This document shows positions 13,001 through 26,627 of a DNA stretch of 64,000 nt, one piece after another. The notes under the pieces were generated by a model, which was not told the DNA's origin, did not search any database, and saw nothing but the letters and a program-made list of their open reading frames with translations. Position 1 is the stretch's first letter. Every line of letters begins with the position of its first letter. Source of the stretch: Basidiobolus meristosporus CBS 931.73 (Eukaryota; Fungi; Basidiobolomycota); NCBI GenBank assembly GCA_002104905.1, contig MCFE01000024.1, forward strand, positions 1 through 64,000, in the 5' to 3' direction. The position numbers were made by a program, and so were the translations under genes.

Positions 13001-15028
13001 CAGGAATGCCATATTTGATAAGCTATGTTTGTAAATAACCTCAAATAGCTTGAAGTGTGGACTCACCGCCTTTTCAATGATACTTGCCCAAAGCTCTTTC
13101 CTGCCAGCAATGTAAGTGCACATGGGAATGCCGTTCACGCTTATCGGTAGTGAATCGTCAACCACTGAGTGAACAAAACGTTAAGATGCACTGCCTGCTA
13201 GGTTGATATGCGTGTCTACTATTAAGCTTACCAACCTAGTGAGGTGTGTGAGTAGAGATAAAGCAACTGAAGGTGTGTGCGTTAAACGTACTTTACGTGG
13301 AATGCCATTATATATCAGCTTTATCATGTATTTACCACTGGCATTATATTGCGGTCTGCCGTGTTCGTCTTGCGGATAAATACAAGCGGTGATCAGCTAA
13401 AGGAGGAACGGATAGGTACATAGTGTACATGGATTTAAGCGCCTTGCATCATTCAGCAGACGAGATTATAGACGTTCTACCTGCTTTTTGAACTTTTCTT
13501 CGTATGCTGCACAGACACATAAAGATGCGACAAAAGAGCAATCGGTAACAACTGCCTGATTAAAGAGAAAAATACTAAGCAAAAGTTGCCATTGGAGGTT
13601 TAAAGGGGAAACTTACTTGAATGATATTCTGGCTGTTGTTCAGGTGATTAGGGGAAAGTGTTATGGAAAATCTCGGACAGGAAGCAATGGGAAATCACCA
13701 ACCTAGATATTACTTTAATCATAGTTGGATCTTTCATGAGCTCAGAGGGTCTCTGCCAGCTTCCAAAGTTTTGTATTTGTTTTTCGGAGAGTGGCAGTGG
13801 GCCGTCAGGATCACTAAATATCAGATGTTTATCAATACAAATATGCAGGGAGTCCCTTTATGGAATGCTTACTTACACAAAAGGCTGGGAGTAGTCGAAA
13901 TTTTCCCGCAAGTCAATCTCTAGCCAAGGCAAGTAAGCCTTTCCATTTACATATGACGAGGTTTTGAGCACTTCTAACTCCTGGTTGGTCAGCTTAACTT
14001 CACCTATGACAGGGGAAGATATCACCGGACTACGAAGGGGCTGCTGATAGGCTTCATTGTCGAGATGGATGTCAGGTTGAAGTATTCCCTTCGCCTAGCG
14101 AAATATGTGCGAACCTTTACAATTCGTGGAAATCTCGAGGAGTTTGGGAGTGAGCGAGATGGATGTGCTTTGCTTGATCTTCTCTCCTTGATCTATGACC
14201 TCAGACAGCCACCGTTTAATCTGTACCTTTGACTTTTCGTCCGTTTCCGCTGTAGAGAACACCAGATTAGCCTCCACTCTACTCAACAACCTGGTAAACG
14301 CTCTACCTTTAGCCGCTCGTAAGTAATAATCCGCAGCGCTTGTATATTGTTGAAGCGCCTCTTTCAAAAGGCCCAAACCGTTTTTCTCTTCTCCAAGTTT
14401 ATGATACCGCTGTTGAAGGCATCGCATTGTTAACAACGGAAAGTATACATGTTACTTGGAGGAGTTGTATGGTACGCACTTTGGCTTTTGTGAGAAAATC
14501 TTCCGAGGTGGACGGCTGTGAATTTCGCTGTGTTCTGTTGATTTGTATCAATTCAAGCTGTTCGGCCCGAGAAATGTAAGCACTTGCTCGCTGAGTGATT
14601 TCTCGCTTTTGTGTTTCGTTTTTCTCCACTATGACGGTGAAACAGCCATTATTACGAAAAGGCGGCAAAGGGAGGGACTTACAAGTGAACTCCAGTAGCT
14701 ACGTACCGTCAACAATGTACAAAAATATCTAGGTCAAGAAAAAGGGTATAACGATGATTAACGATGAGTCATTTATTATCGAAATCGCTTGAAAAAACAA
14801 GAGAACATGCAGTAAAGTCCTGACTCAAACCATTTTACCGAGCAGAAAAACCAATCAAAAGTAAATATGTCACTTTACCTCGGCAACTTCCAAATACAAC
14901 CCCCGCGCTTTGACAAAGTTTTCCTGGTGGTCAGCCTGTACAGCCTGCTGCGCTAAGGAGAAGGAGATTTTGTACAACTCGCTTACGCTTTTACCATGAT
15001 AGGGACTCTCTTTACCATTGGGAAACAT
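10047..15028 (-). CDS. palB: Calpain-7/PalB/Rim13-like cysteine protease: two MIT domains, CysPc catalytic domain, tandem calpain-III domains; ~33 exons
   Basis: Hand-spliced from MFPNGKES. Two MIT-like helical domains; catalytic Cys in QNIIQ|[13 protein letters not shown] (codon 13538-13540), His in [10 protein letters not shown], Asn in VKNPW; [49 protein letters not shown], two NPQF/NPKY calpain-III repeats; stop TGA at 10047-10049. Confidence 0.93.
11003..11066 (-). other. GC-AG intron in calpain gene
   Basis: Donor AG|GCAAGT. It is the only phase-2 donor that joins GGFRIT to [14 protein letters not shown] in frame. Confidence 0.75.
13232..13235 (-). other. 4-nt microexon (GTTG) in calpain catalytic domain
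   Basis: Flanked by GT-AG introns 13236-13291 and 13165-13231. Inclusion gives GIPRK-V-V-VDD; skipping frameshifts. Confidence 0.85.
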
Positions 15029-17399
15029 GCTTTGGCAAAGGCTTGTCTCTCAACTACCTTGTGTACTGTGGGCTATATCTCAAAATTACATCCACGGTCT
15101 AACGAACCGACAATCCGTATATCACGTGTTGTGATCTTGTGATTGGCCAGATTTGTATTTAGCAACTTGGGCTTGAATATTTCCTGCCGTCGTTACACCA
15201 GGATGGTTTGCGAATGGAACCATTACATGGCCACACACTCAAAAGCATCCTAGAAATTGTGGTTTGTTCGAACCACTTATTTCAGGTAACAATATGTAAC
15301 CATAATTCCCGATTTCTGCTACCGAGCCCACCCCAGATATTCAAACCAAATTGCTCGCAAGGTGCATTCAAGTATCAAGTGATTTCCGAATGAACATAGG
15401 CAACTAGTATGGATTTAACTTGCTGATTAGCCTCCAAGAAAGATTTTCTTTTCTTTGGTAACCCATGTGATAGGTATGCCCAGTAATGGATCCCCTCGAT
15501 GTCATATGACTAGTCCTGCTAGAGAACAAGTAACGAAGCCAAGCCCGCATACCAAGCAGTTACCTGTGTAGAGTCATCGATTGAGGCGTAAACAATCATC
15601 TAGCCATCTATGGGTTCTATGGCACACTCGAAGGGGTGGCTGCTAATCGACGAGTTTATACTCGGCTCACATGAATTCCTTAAATCAACATTGGCTTCGC
15701 ATTGGGCCTATGCGTGTGGTAACTGAGGGTTACACCAAATTGGCCAAGTGGAAGCTCCTGAACCTTGGCGCTTGAAAATCTTTCCAAGCCTATACACAGC
15801 AGGGTGAAACCTCCTATAATCTCCCAGTTCTCATGTGGAGTGGGCTTGGCTTGGCCAGCTTTTGTCGAGAGAGATACGGTCCCGATAATTCGACCAGCCT
15901 TCTGTGTACCAGCATATCAACCACCGAATCCTAATCTATAAACGGCAATACTTGGTCTAAGCTATTTCAAACGCTGAAGCATCCATGTATTACTAATGAT
16001 CCGTACACCCGACTTCTCGAAAATTCTCACCTACTTGTGTGGTGTTAAGAAACGCCAGTGGCCATATCTTCCGCTCTGTCTCCCGATACATACTCTACTC
16101 TTTAGCTGGGGTATTTAATCGGGCCTGGAGCCTGGAACTAATCGAAGCCTTATCGAGAATCAGCTGCGTTTGAAGCGCATATAAGGAATTCCTAAATGCT
16201 TGGTGTGTTGTATTCTCCTAATAAAGCATCCCACCTATCTTGCACCATTTAAAGTCAGAGTAGCATTCAAATAAATTGGGGACAGAAACGAACCTTGTCC
16301 GAGAAGGATTGATTGATATTTGATCGTTCTCTTGATACTAGTGATTCAAACATTCTCTGGGCTACTGCTTACACATGTGTAGCATGAAATTGGCATGACG
16401 CCTAACATTTCAATTCCTTCGATCCCACGCCTAGGTTGGCTGGGTTGGCTCGGGAGTATTATGAATCTTTCTATGTACCTCTCTTTTCAATCTCCAAATG
16501 TTACTGAAGTTTGCATGTATCTTCCAAAGTACTTGTGGGCAAATTCCAGCCATGAATGAACAGCTGGGAATACATTCATAGCCTGACCTATGGGAATATT
16601 ACCAGGGGTTACTACTTACACTAAGGTTCCTGTGCCAAATAAATCAGGGACTTGGAAGTGATTGAGCTTAATAGAAGAAAGTTGACTACTCGCATATATT
16701 ATGACTAAACTCGATGGATGGTGTTGAGGAGAAATGCATTCATTACTTTTGTCTTGAGGAGGACTTAGCCAAACTAGCTATAGGAAAGTGTTGTAGATGG
16801 TCTTGGGATATAAGTGTGGGGATTTGGGGGGTTTGGATGACATAACTCTACTCAACCTCTCTACAATATTCATTTGTTTTTGTCCTCTTATATGGAGTAA
16901 CATTCGAAGAGAGCCATAAGGTACAGAGGCTTGGCACCTTGGGTATCACCCCAAACCTAATCCTAATGATTGAGGATGTCACTCTTCCAACACCATTTCC
17001 TTACTTACATCCTAGATCAATTGACTGTAATCTGTCAGCCCAGCTCTATAGGCAGTTGAGCCACAATTCAAACCTAGAGCAAATGGTGCAACCACTGATA
17101 TATAAACTGCGCTCAAGACAAATACCAAACTGACATAGTAAATAGTGGTCATGGTGCAAATGCCCCCAAGTGCCAACCTCATAAGATACATGACAGCTCT
17201 ATACCAAATAGACGAGTTTTGCGTTTTGCCGCAAGGAAATTTAGAGTGGAAGCCATCAATCAATCCTATATGTGATACAGAAAGCTTGAACACGCTTGCC
17301 AAGCTAAATACCATTTGCCTTTTTGTGTATAAAAGGATTACCAGCCCAACCCTTTTAGTACATCTTCTTGGTTAATTGGCCAGGCTTATTCTTTATGCA

Positions 17400-19330
17400 T
17401 AGATCAGCATTTCATTCAGTTGAATAGATGAGATCAATACTTCCTCGCCATATGGCCAATTGTCGGATTTTAATCTTTTCAAAGGCCCTTTCCAAGAATA
17501 ATCTAACCCAACTCCCTCCAATGATGGATGCAGTACCCGATAAAAACTTCTGCAGAGGGATGTTCAATGTTATCAATCAGCGCTGTGTAGATGCGCTCAC
17601 GCGACCTGATGCGGAAATCTCTTTCTGGAATCTGTTCGATTCTCCACGAACGTTTTGGTAGGCTTGCATTGCCAACCCTATTGTCCCTGCAGTTTCAATT
17701 TTGGGTCACAGCGCCATGAGATGAAGCACCTCTTAAGCTCTCTGCACCCTGACCCTGGCCCCGAGATTCTGTTTATCCACATGTTAAAAATAGTCTGTCC
17801 CCTAATTGATTGAGCTAGTATCCACATCGTTGTGGGCTGATTGGAGGCATTTTCGGTGGGCTAGTTTTGTAGCAGGTCCTAAAAATCGAAAGGATCCTGG
17901 AATAGTGGCTACAATAGTTGCCAAGCGGCAAAATAAACAATCCACTGTAACTTTCACTCTGGAAGTAGCTTGACTCTTAGGATCAAGACCTCGCCAAGTG
18001 GACATCTCGACTGAAATCTCAGCCTCTAGGCACTAAATACGGAAAATTCGAATTTCTTTAACTGCTTCCAATTCTCTCAGCGCCTCATGACATTTTTGAA
18101 CATTCGAATAATCCTTGAAATCATTTGTGTAACACTGGTTTGGATGATACCGGATTCAAGCGAAGATTTGTAATACAAAATCAGCAACTCCGTTGTATAT
18201 ACTGTGGTTGATCTTAAAGTTGGAAGGGTATCAAAATGTACGGTTGTAGCTCTGTAACCCAGGTCCCTACATTTTCGTAGCCTGCTTTTGCCATGGTCTG
18301 TTTTACTCTAACACTACACCACCAACCTGTTCGTCCCAAATCAATGCTAATCTTGGGAAGTCTTGAATATTGATGGATACGAAGGATTGATTTGAGTTCG
18401 TTGGAAAACATTGGCCACCGTGCCATATATGCCTATTGGAATCGACTCAATGCAAATGATGCGAGTTTATACAACAATTCTGTTGTCAAGAAAAAGGTGG
18501 GCAAGGCCGTTATACTTGGGCTCATTTTTAAAGCGACAGAACAATGGGAGCCCGGCTGTAACTCTAGGTTTGATCACCCCAGGATTTAGAATAACCGGTG
18601 CAACGAGTGTTTTTCTTATCCCCACCTTCTCCGTTGATTGCTCAGCAGTATTCCTGGTCATTTGGGAGGTTTTTTCCATCTCGACGAAGTTAGATCCTGG
18701 TCTCTATTCCTAGCACAGCCGTCGTCGGTGCATGTGACAGAACAAGTATTCAATTAATATCGGCTTTCTGGGCGTTGGAGAATTCATCAAAAATCGAACA
18801 TCCCTCCAATTGGCAACATCCAATTGCTGCATAGTTTGGGGAGACACAGGCATATTGATTTTCCACAGCAATAGCCAATTCTTCACCATGTGAATAGCTT
18901 CATTGGTCCAAGTGCTCAGGTATGGAAACGGCAGTCGAGTTGGTGATACAGTCCACAGTAAGGCGTAATATGGAGATGAATATGATCATAGTTTATTCAT
19001 ATGGATACACCCACACTAGCCCACACCGTTATTGGCTGGCACTCAACATCTGTGACAGCCCTTGTCCACACAATGTTATGGGAATATGATTCAGAGAGGA
19101 AACTTAATCACCGAGCTTGTGGTACCGACACGCAGAAGAAGCCGGGCCTTTGAGCACTGTAGCACGGGCTTACAAATATTCGATTTGAGGCTTCAAGAGT
19201 CTGCTTTTCCCGGATTCTGTTCGCTCCCGAAGTGGGGTTACCGAAAATTCGATTCCAAGAGTAGATTATCGGGAGCAAACCCAAGAGTCAACGAGTATCG
19301 ATGTTCTTCTAATGGCCGGGGTCAACTCCC
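17400..19330 (-). mobile_element. Heavily degenerate Ty3/gypsy-like pol remnant
   Basis: Fragments across frames in gypsy order: protease-like SILVDS (~19281-19301), a pre-RT linker, LNPGVIKP, a KISIDL segment, CYTND near the YxDD position, and RNase H-like KTFV..TDS. Many stops and frameshifts; motifs are weak. Confidence 0.4.
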
Positions 19331-20181
19331 ATGGTTGGAACGAAATGACTTCCACATGCCTCGTTAAATCTGGCATGCACTTAGACGTGTGAATCATGCT
19401 TCGCACAAACTTGAATCATCAGCCCAAGGCTGAAAAATTCCGATTTGTAGTTAGCACACGTTGCTTGAATTCCCGTCCTGGTTTCTGGCCAGCACTGCAT
19501 TCCGACTCCGTCATCTACAGCTGTTGTAGGCTGTGTCCCAGATTGCGGAGCATCAACCCCGATGATATGATCTATGGTCTCAGATTACCTGCTCAAGTAA
19601 AACCAGCCCGGGTAACATCACCTCGAATATTGTCATCACTCCTTCCACTAGTCACCCCATAAGATCAGTGATGTTGATTGTACTGGTTTCTTTCTACCGA
19701 GAGGTCTGTGACAGCTCGTTACATCAATCATCAGCTATCAACTAAATCTAACACAGGTTCACTGATGAATGGTGACAATATTGGCGCTCGGGTGTGGACC
19801 ATGCTGGACTCTCAAGCACCTTCGTTATTTCCCTATTTACTACCTGAGTGCGAAATTCCGTACCATTTCTGTGCCTATCGCCAGTGAGCACTGCCGCGTG
19901 ATCTCGGATGAGGTGAAGAATCTGCACTGCGAGCCAGACGTTCCAGAGTGAAACATCCAGTAGGCAATTTCTGCATTCTTAATTAAACACGTATAGTACA
20001 CATTTTATTTACAATGAAATAATTCAATTCCAATATTTAGTCGACGTCGAGGTGGCCCCAGGTGAATCGTCGCAGAGGCCAGGAAAAGAACCTCCATGCT
20101 GCAAAAATGGGCTCGGGTCACCATCGAATGCCACCACTTGTCTTGCGTCGCTGACGATCTTGAGTGATATCCATAGCAAGC

Positions 20182-20415
20182 CTAGAACCATTTGACGTCC
20201 AGGATGGGGGTTTCATAGTTGTTGCTGAAAGAAACCAGCTTCTGGGGAAGGTCAGCGCTGTTGGGTTGCTGGTGCGCGGGTAATGAATCACTGGAGGGTG
20301 CTTGGGATATTTGGTTTTGAATTCGAGATTGCAGTATATCAAGCGGACTCTTTTCTATCACGGTATTGGAGTCTAGCTGCGAAATGATCTCTTCAATGGA
20401 GTTGATGTTTTTCAT
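20182..20415 (-). CDS. Orphan micro-protein, 77 aa (tandem paralog A)
   Basis: MKNINSIEEIISQLDSNTVIEKSPLDILQSRIQNQIS...ILDVKWF. Paralogous to 21837-22031, with many synonymous differences between the two. Confidence 0.65.
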   Translation of the reverse strand: MKNINSIEEIISQLDSNTVIEKSPLDILQSRIQNQISQAPSSDSLPAHQQPNSADLPQKLVSFSNNYETPILDVKWF

Positions 20416-21836
20416 GTCCAATTGACAAATAGTGATGTTCTAGCAAAGAGGATGGATGAGGTGAAGACCTTGTGAGCCGTAGCTTCGGTTGACAGATTGT
20501 TGGCCTTATATAAATGCAAAGCTGTGTGAATGCATTCATGGCGTTTGCCCCTCTCCCAATCAGTTTCATATTGAGGTATCTCCAGAAATCCAGGGCCCTT
20601 CATTTTTTGCTCAATCGTGACTGTGGATTGTGAAATGTATGACAGAATTGTATGATCTTTGGTGTCATAATCAAATCTAATATCTTACAATGCTTGGCTA
20701 AATACCTTGGCCGAGTCACATCTTCCACCAATTAAACTAGACCAAGTGCCGTTGCTTCCAGCAGTCTTAGGTTGGTTTCTATTGTGAATATTAGCAATCA
20801 TCTCATTAGCACCTCCCTATGCAGCACAACACCTGAATAACAAGATTTGGATCGGCTCCGGTTGAAATGCACCTACAGGCCAAGAGTACGTCCCAACCCT
20901 TACAGACTCAAGCATGCATGAAGAAAAGGGAGAAACAGTTGGCGGCCCTGCTCGTGAAATCCTGAATGGAGATGACCAGCACATGTCCTAGGCGTCGTCG
21001 TGAATAGGCGATGGAGGGAGACCAGTGTCGGCTCTGGAATAAGGCATCCTTAGCACAAGCAAGAATCAGCCTGCAGGATGACGAAAAGCGACATAATAGT
21101 TGCTGAAGAAACTAGCAATGCACCAATAGACCGCGAGGACAGCGATCGGATCGAATCCGAACACATCTGTTGCACTGGACGAATTAAGCAATGACCAGCA
21201 TTCCATTGGAGCGGAACGATTCGAAACCATGGGCATGGGGAAAGCAGATGATTTAATTCCATGCCATCGCTGACATGTCGGTGAATATCGGGGACATCGA
21301 ATGAATGGGGCCATAACCACACATGTCCATATTTGCTTTGGCTTAAGGGAAGGGATCGCTATGATGAGTTACTTACAACATCGGATCGAGACTGGCATGG
21401 TCGTTGCGATCATCATTTGTGCAGGCGGTAGATCTATGGTGGACATGGTCTAAATGAATGCCTCATTGCCATCGTCACATGAAAGTGGCAATCTGATTCA
21501 TACGAAGATTGCCCACTGAATCACCTTTCACACACTTCCGACAGACGTACCATTGGAGCACGCATATCTTCTTCTTATACTGACAAAGCTAATGAAGTTG
21601 GTGTTTCGCCAATTAGCAGCTGATTGCAAATGAACAGGAACAACCCAATTCGGGTGTATATATATGTACAATTTATTTACAATGATACTAAAGCTGAGCA
21701 ATGGAAGTATAATAAGAATAAGAGTAGTAATAAGAAACATCAACCGTCTTCATCGATAATCAATAAATAGCATGAGCCTAGTCTCGGCATTGGAACTATG
21801 CGAGTAATGTCTAATGACTTCAGAGCGGCCCGTAGT

Positions 21837-22031
21837 CTAGTACGTCTTGACGTCTTTAATGGCCTCTTGAGAAACGGTGGGAACGTTGTTGAGTTCCTGC
21901 GAGGCGAGCTTCGCCAATTGATGCTGAATGCGGGCCTCAAGGAGGTCCAACGGACTTTTGTCGCAGACGTTGGAGGAATCAAGTTTGGTAATAATGTCCT
22001 CAATTGAAGCGCTGAAGGTTCTGGTACGCAT
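21837..22031 (-). CDS. Orphan micro-protein, 64 aa (tandem paralog B)
   Basis: MRTRTFSASIEDIITKLDSSNVCDKSPLDLLEARIQHQLA...IKDVKTY. Shares 19 of 31 core residues with paralog A. Confidence 0.65.
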   Translation of the reverse strand: MRTRTFSASIEDIITKLDSSNVCDKSPLDLLEARIQHQLAKLASQELNNVPTVSQEAIKDVKTY

Positions 22032-25000
22032 TATAGAAGTTGAATTTGCAAACGATAAAATATAGATGGCTCTGATAAAAGTGTGGGATATACAGAAGAA
22101 GGCTGGTAGAATTGCTTCAGTGTGGGATGGCTTGGTACATCGCCTCATTTAAATACTTGACCAGACCGCAGAGATTATCCACCAGATAGCCATATTGAGT
22201 ATAAAATAACACAAATAGTAGGACGAAAATTAAGCAATACTTACGAATAGTCGTGTATTCTAATAACAAAATGCCAAAAATGGCAGCTGCAAGTCAATAG
22301 AACATTTTCCACCCTTATTCGGCTTCGTCCTTTACAGCTTGCATCAAGCTGCTTCCTATTTGATGAGTGCTGTCGAATCCATCGAACTGATTTGCTTGGG
22401 AAGTTGGGTCTAAATCAGGCAGCCATAGGCCACATGAAAGAGTGATGTTGACCTCATGAATGCTGGATGGAGGGCTATCTAGGGCTTTGACGCCAAAAAT
22501 ACTCGGATCAATTGGCTTACAACTATAACCTTAATGATGGCCATTCTGGTGATGGTGGCATAACCGGCTCAACACTTGACTCATCGCCCATACATACTTG
22601 ATGCCGTCTTCCAACGGACCTGTATGACACATCACCCATATGGATTCCCATTAGCAGGTTTCTTGGTCATGGAGTTGATGCGGAGGGCTTACCAGGGCTA
22701 GGCGCAAACAGTCATTGATGATACGAAACCAAGAACAGACGGGCACCGAACGTGCCATCTACAGAATAGTCACTTTCCGGGATGACTGCTCAGCGGGGGG
22801 CCATTATAGGCGCCAGAGTGATCAATGATGTGTTGGGATGGAATGGCGATTGATTGATATGGGGAAATCGGATGGTTATGAGCAACATTGAAATCTACGG
22901 AGCATCATTGATTTGGGCGTAGTTTCAAATCATCAACGCCGTAATTTCCATAGAAGCACGCGATTACGAATTAAGTAAAACTGAGGGCTGCTGCCAAGTC
23001 AACCTGCAATCCTATCCTGGCGTAGGATCCAGAGATAAATTGATGATTGACGGCCATTCACCCAGCTTCCAGAGCCCGTAGAGACAATATATGGGATGCA
23101 TTACATGATTGAAATGAATGAAGGGAAACCTCAGGTATGAGTATGGTGGTACAACAGAAAACCTGCAACTAACCTAGTCATCGATTTCTCCAAAAATGCC
23201 CCGATTTTCCTCCGTAGGACATCCCTACGACTCGCTAATGTCCAACAAGCATTATTCCATGCTACACACAGCGCCACACAATTCACGTATGCGATGAGTG
23301 TCACTTTGAAAACAGCCATGGATTGTAGTATTCTAAAGACAGTCCCTGCCACACACCCTCTGCACTGTGTGACCTGGTATATTCTCATTACATAAGGCAA
23401 AAGCCAAAGATGAAGATAGCCCAAGCACAGGAAATCCTCGTATAGATGATCTACAAAGTGTCGATTTGCAAGATGCTACCTCTTCTTTGGTTCCCCTTGG
23501 GGAGCATGTCTCTGGCACCTGCGACATCTACACAAGCGCTCATTCAGATCTGAATGCGGCGTTGCATACTTTCTGAATCGAAATAAAGGAAATGGGATGC
23601 GGAGGATAGGGCTGTCCGTTTAGGGCTGATGCCAGGTAACTTTGGCCACTTGATCGTTCCATATGTGTAGCATGCTTACTTATTTCCAGCTCCGAGATTG
23701 TCGACTTCTCTACACTGCATGAAAGGTGGGAAGCTAGGTGATGCATGTCTCATAGTATGACAAGAAGGGGTACATAGGACACATGCGCTATGGTTGTTCG
23801 CACTCCGATCCGTGGGATCAGTACGCTTCATTCAGGTTTTCGGCAATTCTGTAAGTGATCTCAAATAGAATGGCACTGTGTATGCCGGTGGAGATCATGA
23901 GCTGATCGCGAGCAGGATTTCACTCGGATTTGTGAAATTTCTGGTTTAGCCAAGCTACCCACTTCTTGGCCTGCATAATCAATGCCATATCGATCACATG
24001 ATCCCCGAATTGCCATTCCTTATCTTCCATACCCCTCAGGATGTGTACTCTGTGGTTCCTTTTTGGGTGAAGCTACAAAAATGGCTCATCAGGCAGGGAT
24101 TGCAACTTTGCAGAGTTGGTCATTGAGCGAGGATTCATTGGTTCGGGAGTGAGCTTGCATAGCCACCACCCAATTAACACATGCTTCAAGATGATTGAAC
24201 CAGGTTCTCCTGCTGATCATTGTGACATCGATTGCCGACATGCGTCTCGGAGGTGGTCTATTGGCTGTGATGGCCGCTGCAAGAAAAACAAGGATTGTAT
24301 TAAGGATGAGCATGAGGCGTGAAGTATTTGAAATTCAGATGCTTCCAATGAGGTTTAGGAAATCCCCACGGTAGGACCCCATCCTCCTTCCTATGCCACC
24401 AGGTGAGAGAGGCTAGGAACATGTAGGTCACATTGATGCTAATAGATTAGCGCTAGAGCCGCCGCTGCATGTGGGAGTTCATGTGGATAACACACGTTCT
24501 GCGGGTACTGCTGAAAGGCGAGAACTGAGTAGTAGAACGCTTGCCTATTGCTTCAAATATGGAAGCCTAGCTTCCTTAATATGGTATTGGGGCTAATAAT
24601 TCTTGTCACGTTTATTCAGAGCGGCTGATTTGAGGGCACCTTAGTACTTGAAGTGTTCGTTCGTAAGATGAATTCACCGATCATGATGATTGGCTCCATA
24701 GTTGTTGTAAGCACTGGACTAGTGATGTAATGGAATTTCTGAGGCGCTATGAGACATTAAGGTTTTGCCATGAACATTCACTAACCGTATGCCACCATTG
24801 AAAATTGTATAGTTCTGAAAAGTTTGTATTTCAAGTGCTCGTGAAGTTTGATATCGTGAGAGGATATAGAAATCCAGGTCGGCCACTAATGAATGGTTGC
24901 TCACTACCCATTAGGCTTCGTCAACCAGAGGTGCCGCTAGATACAAACGGTACCTCTCCATCCAAGCCAAAACTAGAAATGTAGTGAGGTATACAGAACC

Positions 25001-26627
25001 TACGAAAGATCGCTTTGTACCAAAGACGGCTAGTGCTGATATTGCTATATATTGGGTGATACTTCCTGCATGATCTCCACATGACATCATACCTACCTCA
25101 TTCGTTACAGTAATTACAACCTTTAGATGATAGAGCCTATCACGAAGCCCTACCCAGAAAACAGTAATTTTGCCTTGGTGAATGAGTGACTAGTAACCGC
25201 TTTCAAATACCAACTATAATTAATCGCTATGGTAAGAAATCTCGGCTAAGATAACCGGCAAATCATCACATATGTAATAGTTTTTAAGTGGCTGATATGA
25301 GCTGGCGGTGATTTGTTCATGATTTAGAGAATAGAATGTTTGTGTAGAGTAAGTGGGGTTGTCAATATCAATTCGACATAAGTGAAGTACAGGCTGGTAG
25401 ATATTCTTGATTTTCGACCGGCTTTATTGTACACTCATGCTTTGAAACGTGACTAGCGTATTTCTAAAATAACGCCGTGGCCCACATTGCCAATATCGAT
25501 TCACCACGTTTTCACCAGCCCTCGGGTTATAAATTAATGGTTGAGGTATACCTATCTATTCTCCGGACTTATTCAAAGATAGAGTGAGTTTGATTCGGTT
25601 GTTAGCCTCCATCTGGACTACCACAACGAAAATGAGGCTTCCTTGCCATATCTTGCTTCTAAATAAGGATCATATTTCACTGAAATTTTTGTGCAATTCT
25701 CTCGGTGTTGCGGAGGGATAAATACTAATCATCGTGTTGATTAGCTCTGGTTGGACAACTCCTTGCGCCCAAGCCCAGCACCTCCTTTAGCTGACGCCGA
25801 AATGCATATTCAATAATCAAACCTCCTATGGTGTTTTAATGCTGCAAGCGATGGGCTCAACATCTAAAAATACATTGATGTTTTGTTACTTCTTTATGGG
25901 TTTCGGCGAACATGTATTATTTGGGAGATGCACAAATATACTTGTCATTAGTGTTTCAATGACCAGAAGTATTCTGTCTTACATGAGCTCAATATAGCAT
26001 CTTAGATATATATGTGCATATTAAAGTATCAAGTGCGCTTTTTGGTGAATGATCCTCTATAGTTGAGTATGTGGCTCTCTGAACAACACGTAAATTCGGC
26101 TGTAATGGCAAATGTCTCCATAAATATCTGAACTCTTGATTTACACCAATATAAACCGTACTGCTGCTGATACTTGATAATCTTTAGTGTGGTGTGTAGC
26201 CTAGGACATGGTAAAACTTTGTACAATAAAGGTAGGAAAAACTCAACCTAAAATGAACTTACCCATCAAATATGGGACTCAGAAAATCCAAGAAACAAAC
26301 CCTACCAAATTATTCATAGGCTTACACTAACTGTAAAATAATTGGGACCTGACCACTTGCAATCTATATTCACCAGCCAAAGGGGAGGAAAAGGGCAAAT
26401 ACCTGCAAAAACCAGGGTAGTATGCTTTACTTTATGCTTTTCCATGGGCGTTATATAGCCCAAGATTTATATTGAAGCTACACCACTGGTGATATTTAGC
26501 TTCAGTCCAACTAGAATGTTACTGAACAATAAATGATTGAGAATAAATATGTTTAATTCATCAGAATATTATTCCCAAAATTGACCATACTATTCTCAAC
26601 AAATGTAACGAGTAATCTGACAAATAT

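Noticed and set aside
14095-14097. In-frame TAG in calpain with an open frame on both sides (apparent readthrough)
   Set aside because: A 69-nt GT..CTGAC..AAG intron spanning it explains the stop.
20118-20342. Programmed frameshift or readthrough (antizyme-like) at the stops of the tandem micro-proteins
   Set aside because: No shared slippery or readthrough context, and the downstream frames are not convincingly conserved between paralogs.
22300-24330. Pseudogene-like fragments, including a signal-peptide-like ORF at 24089-24313
   Set aside because: No coherent spliced model or recognisable domain.
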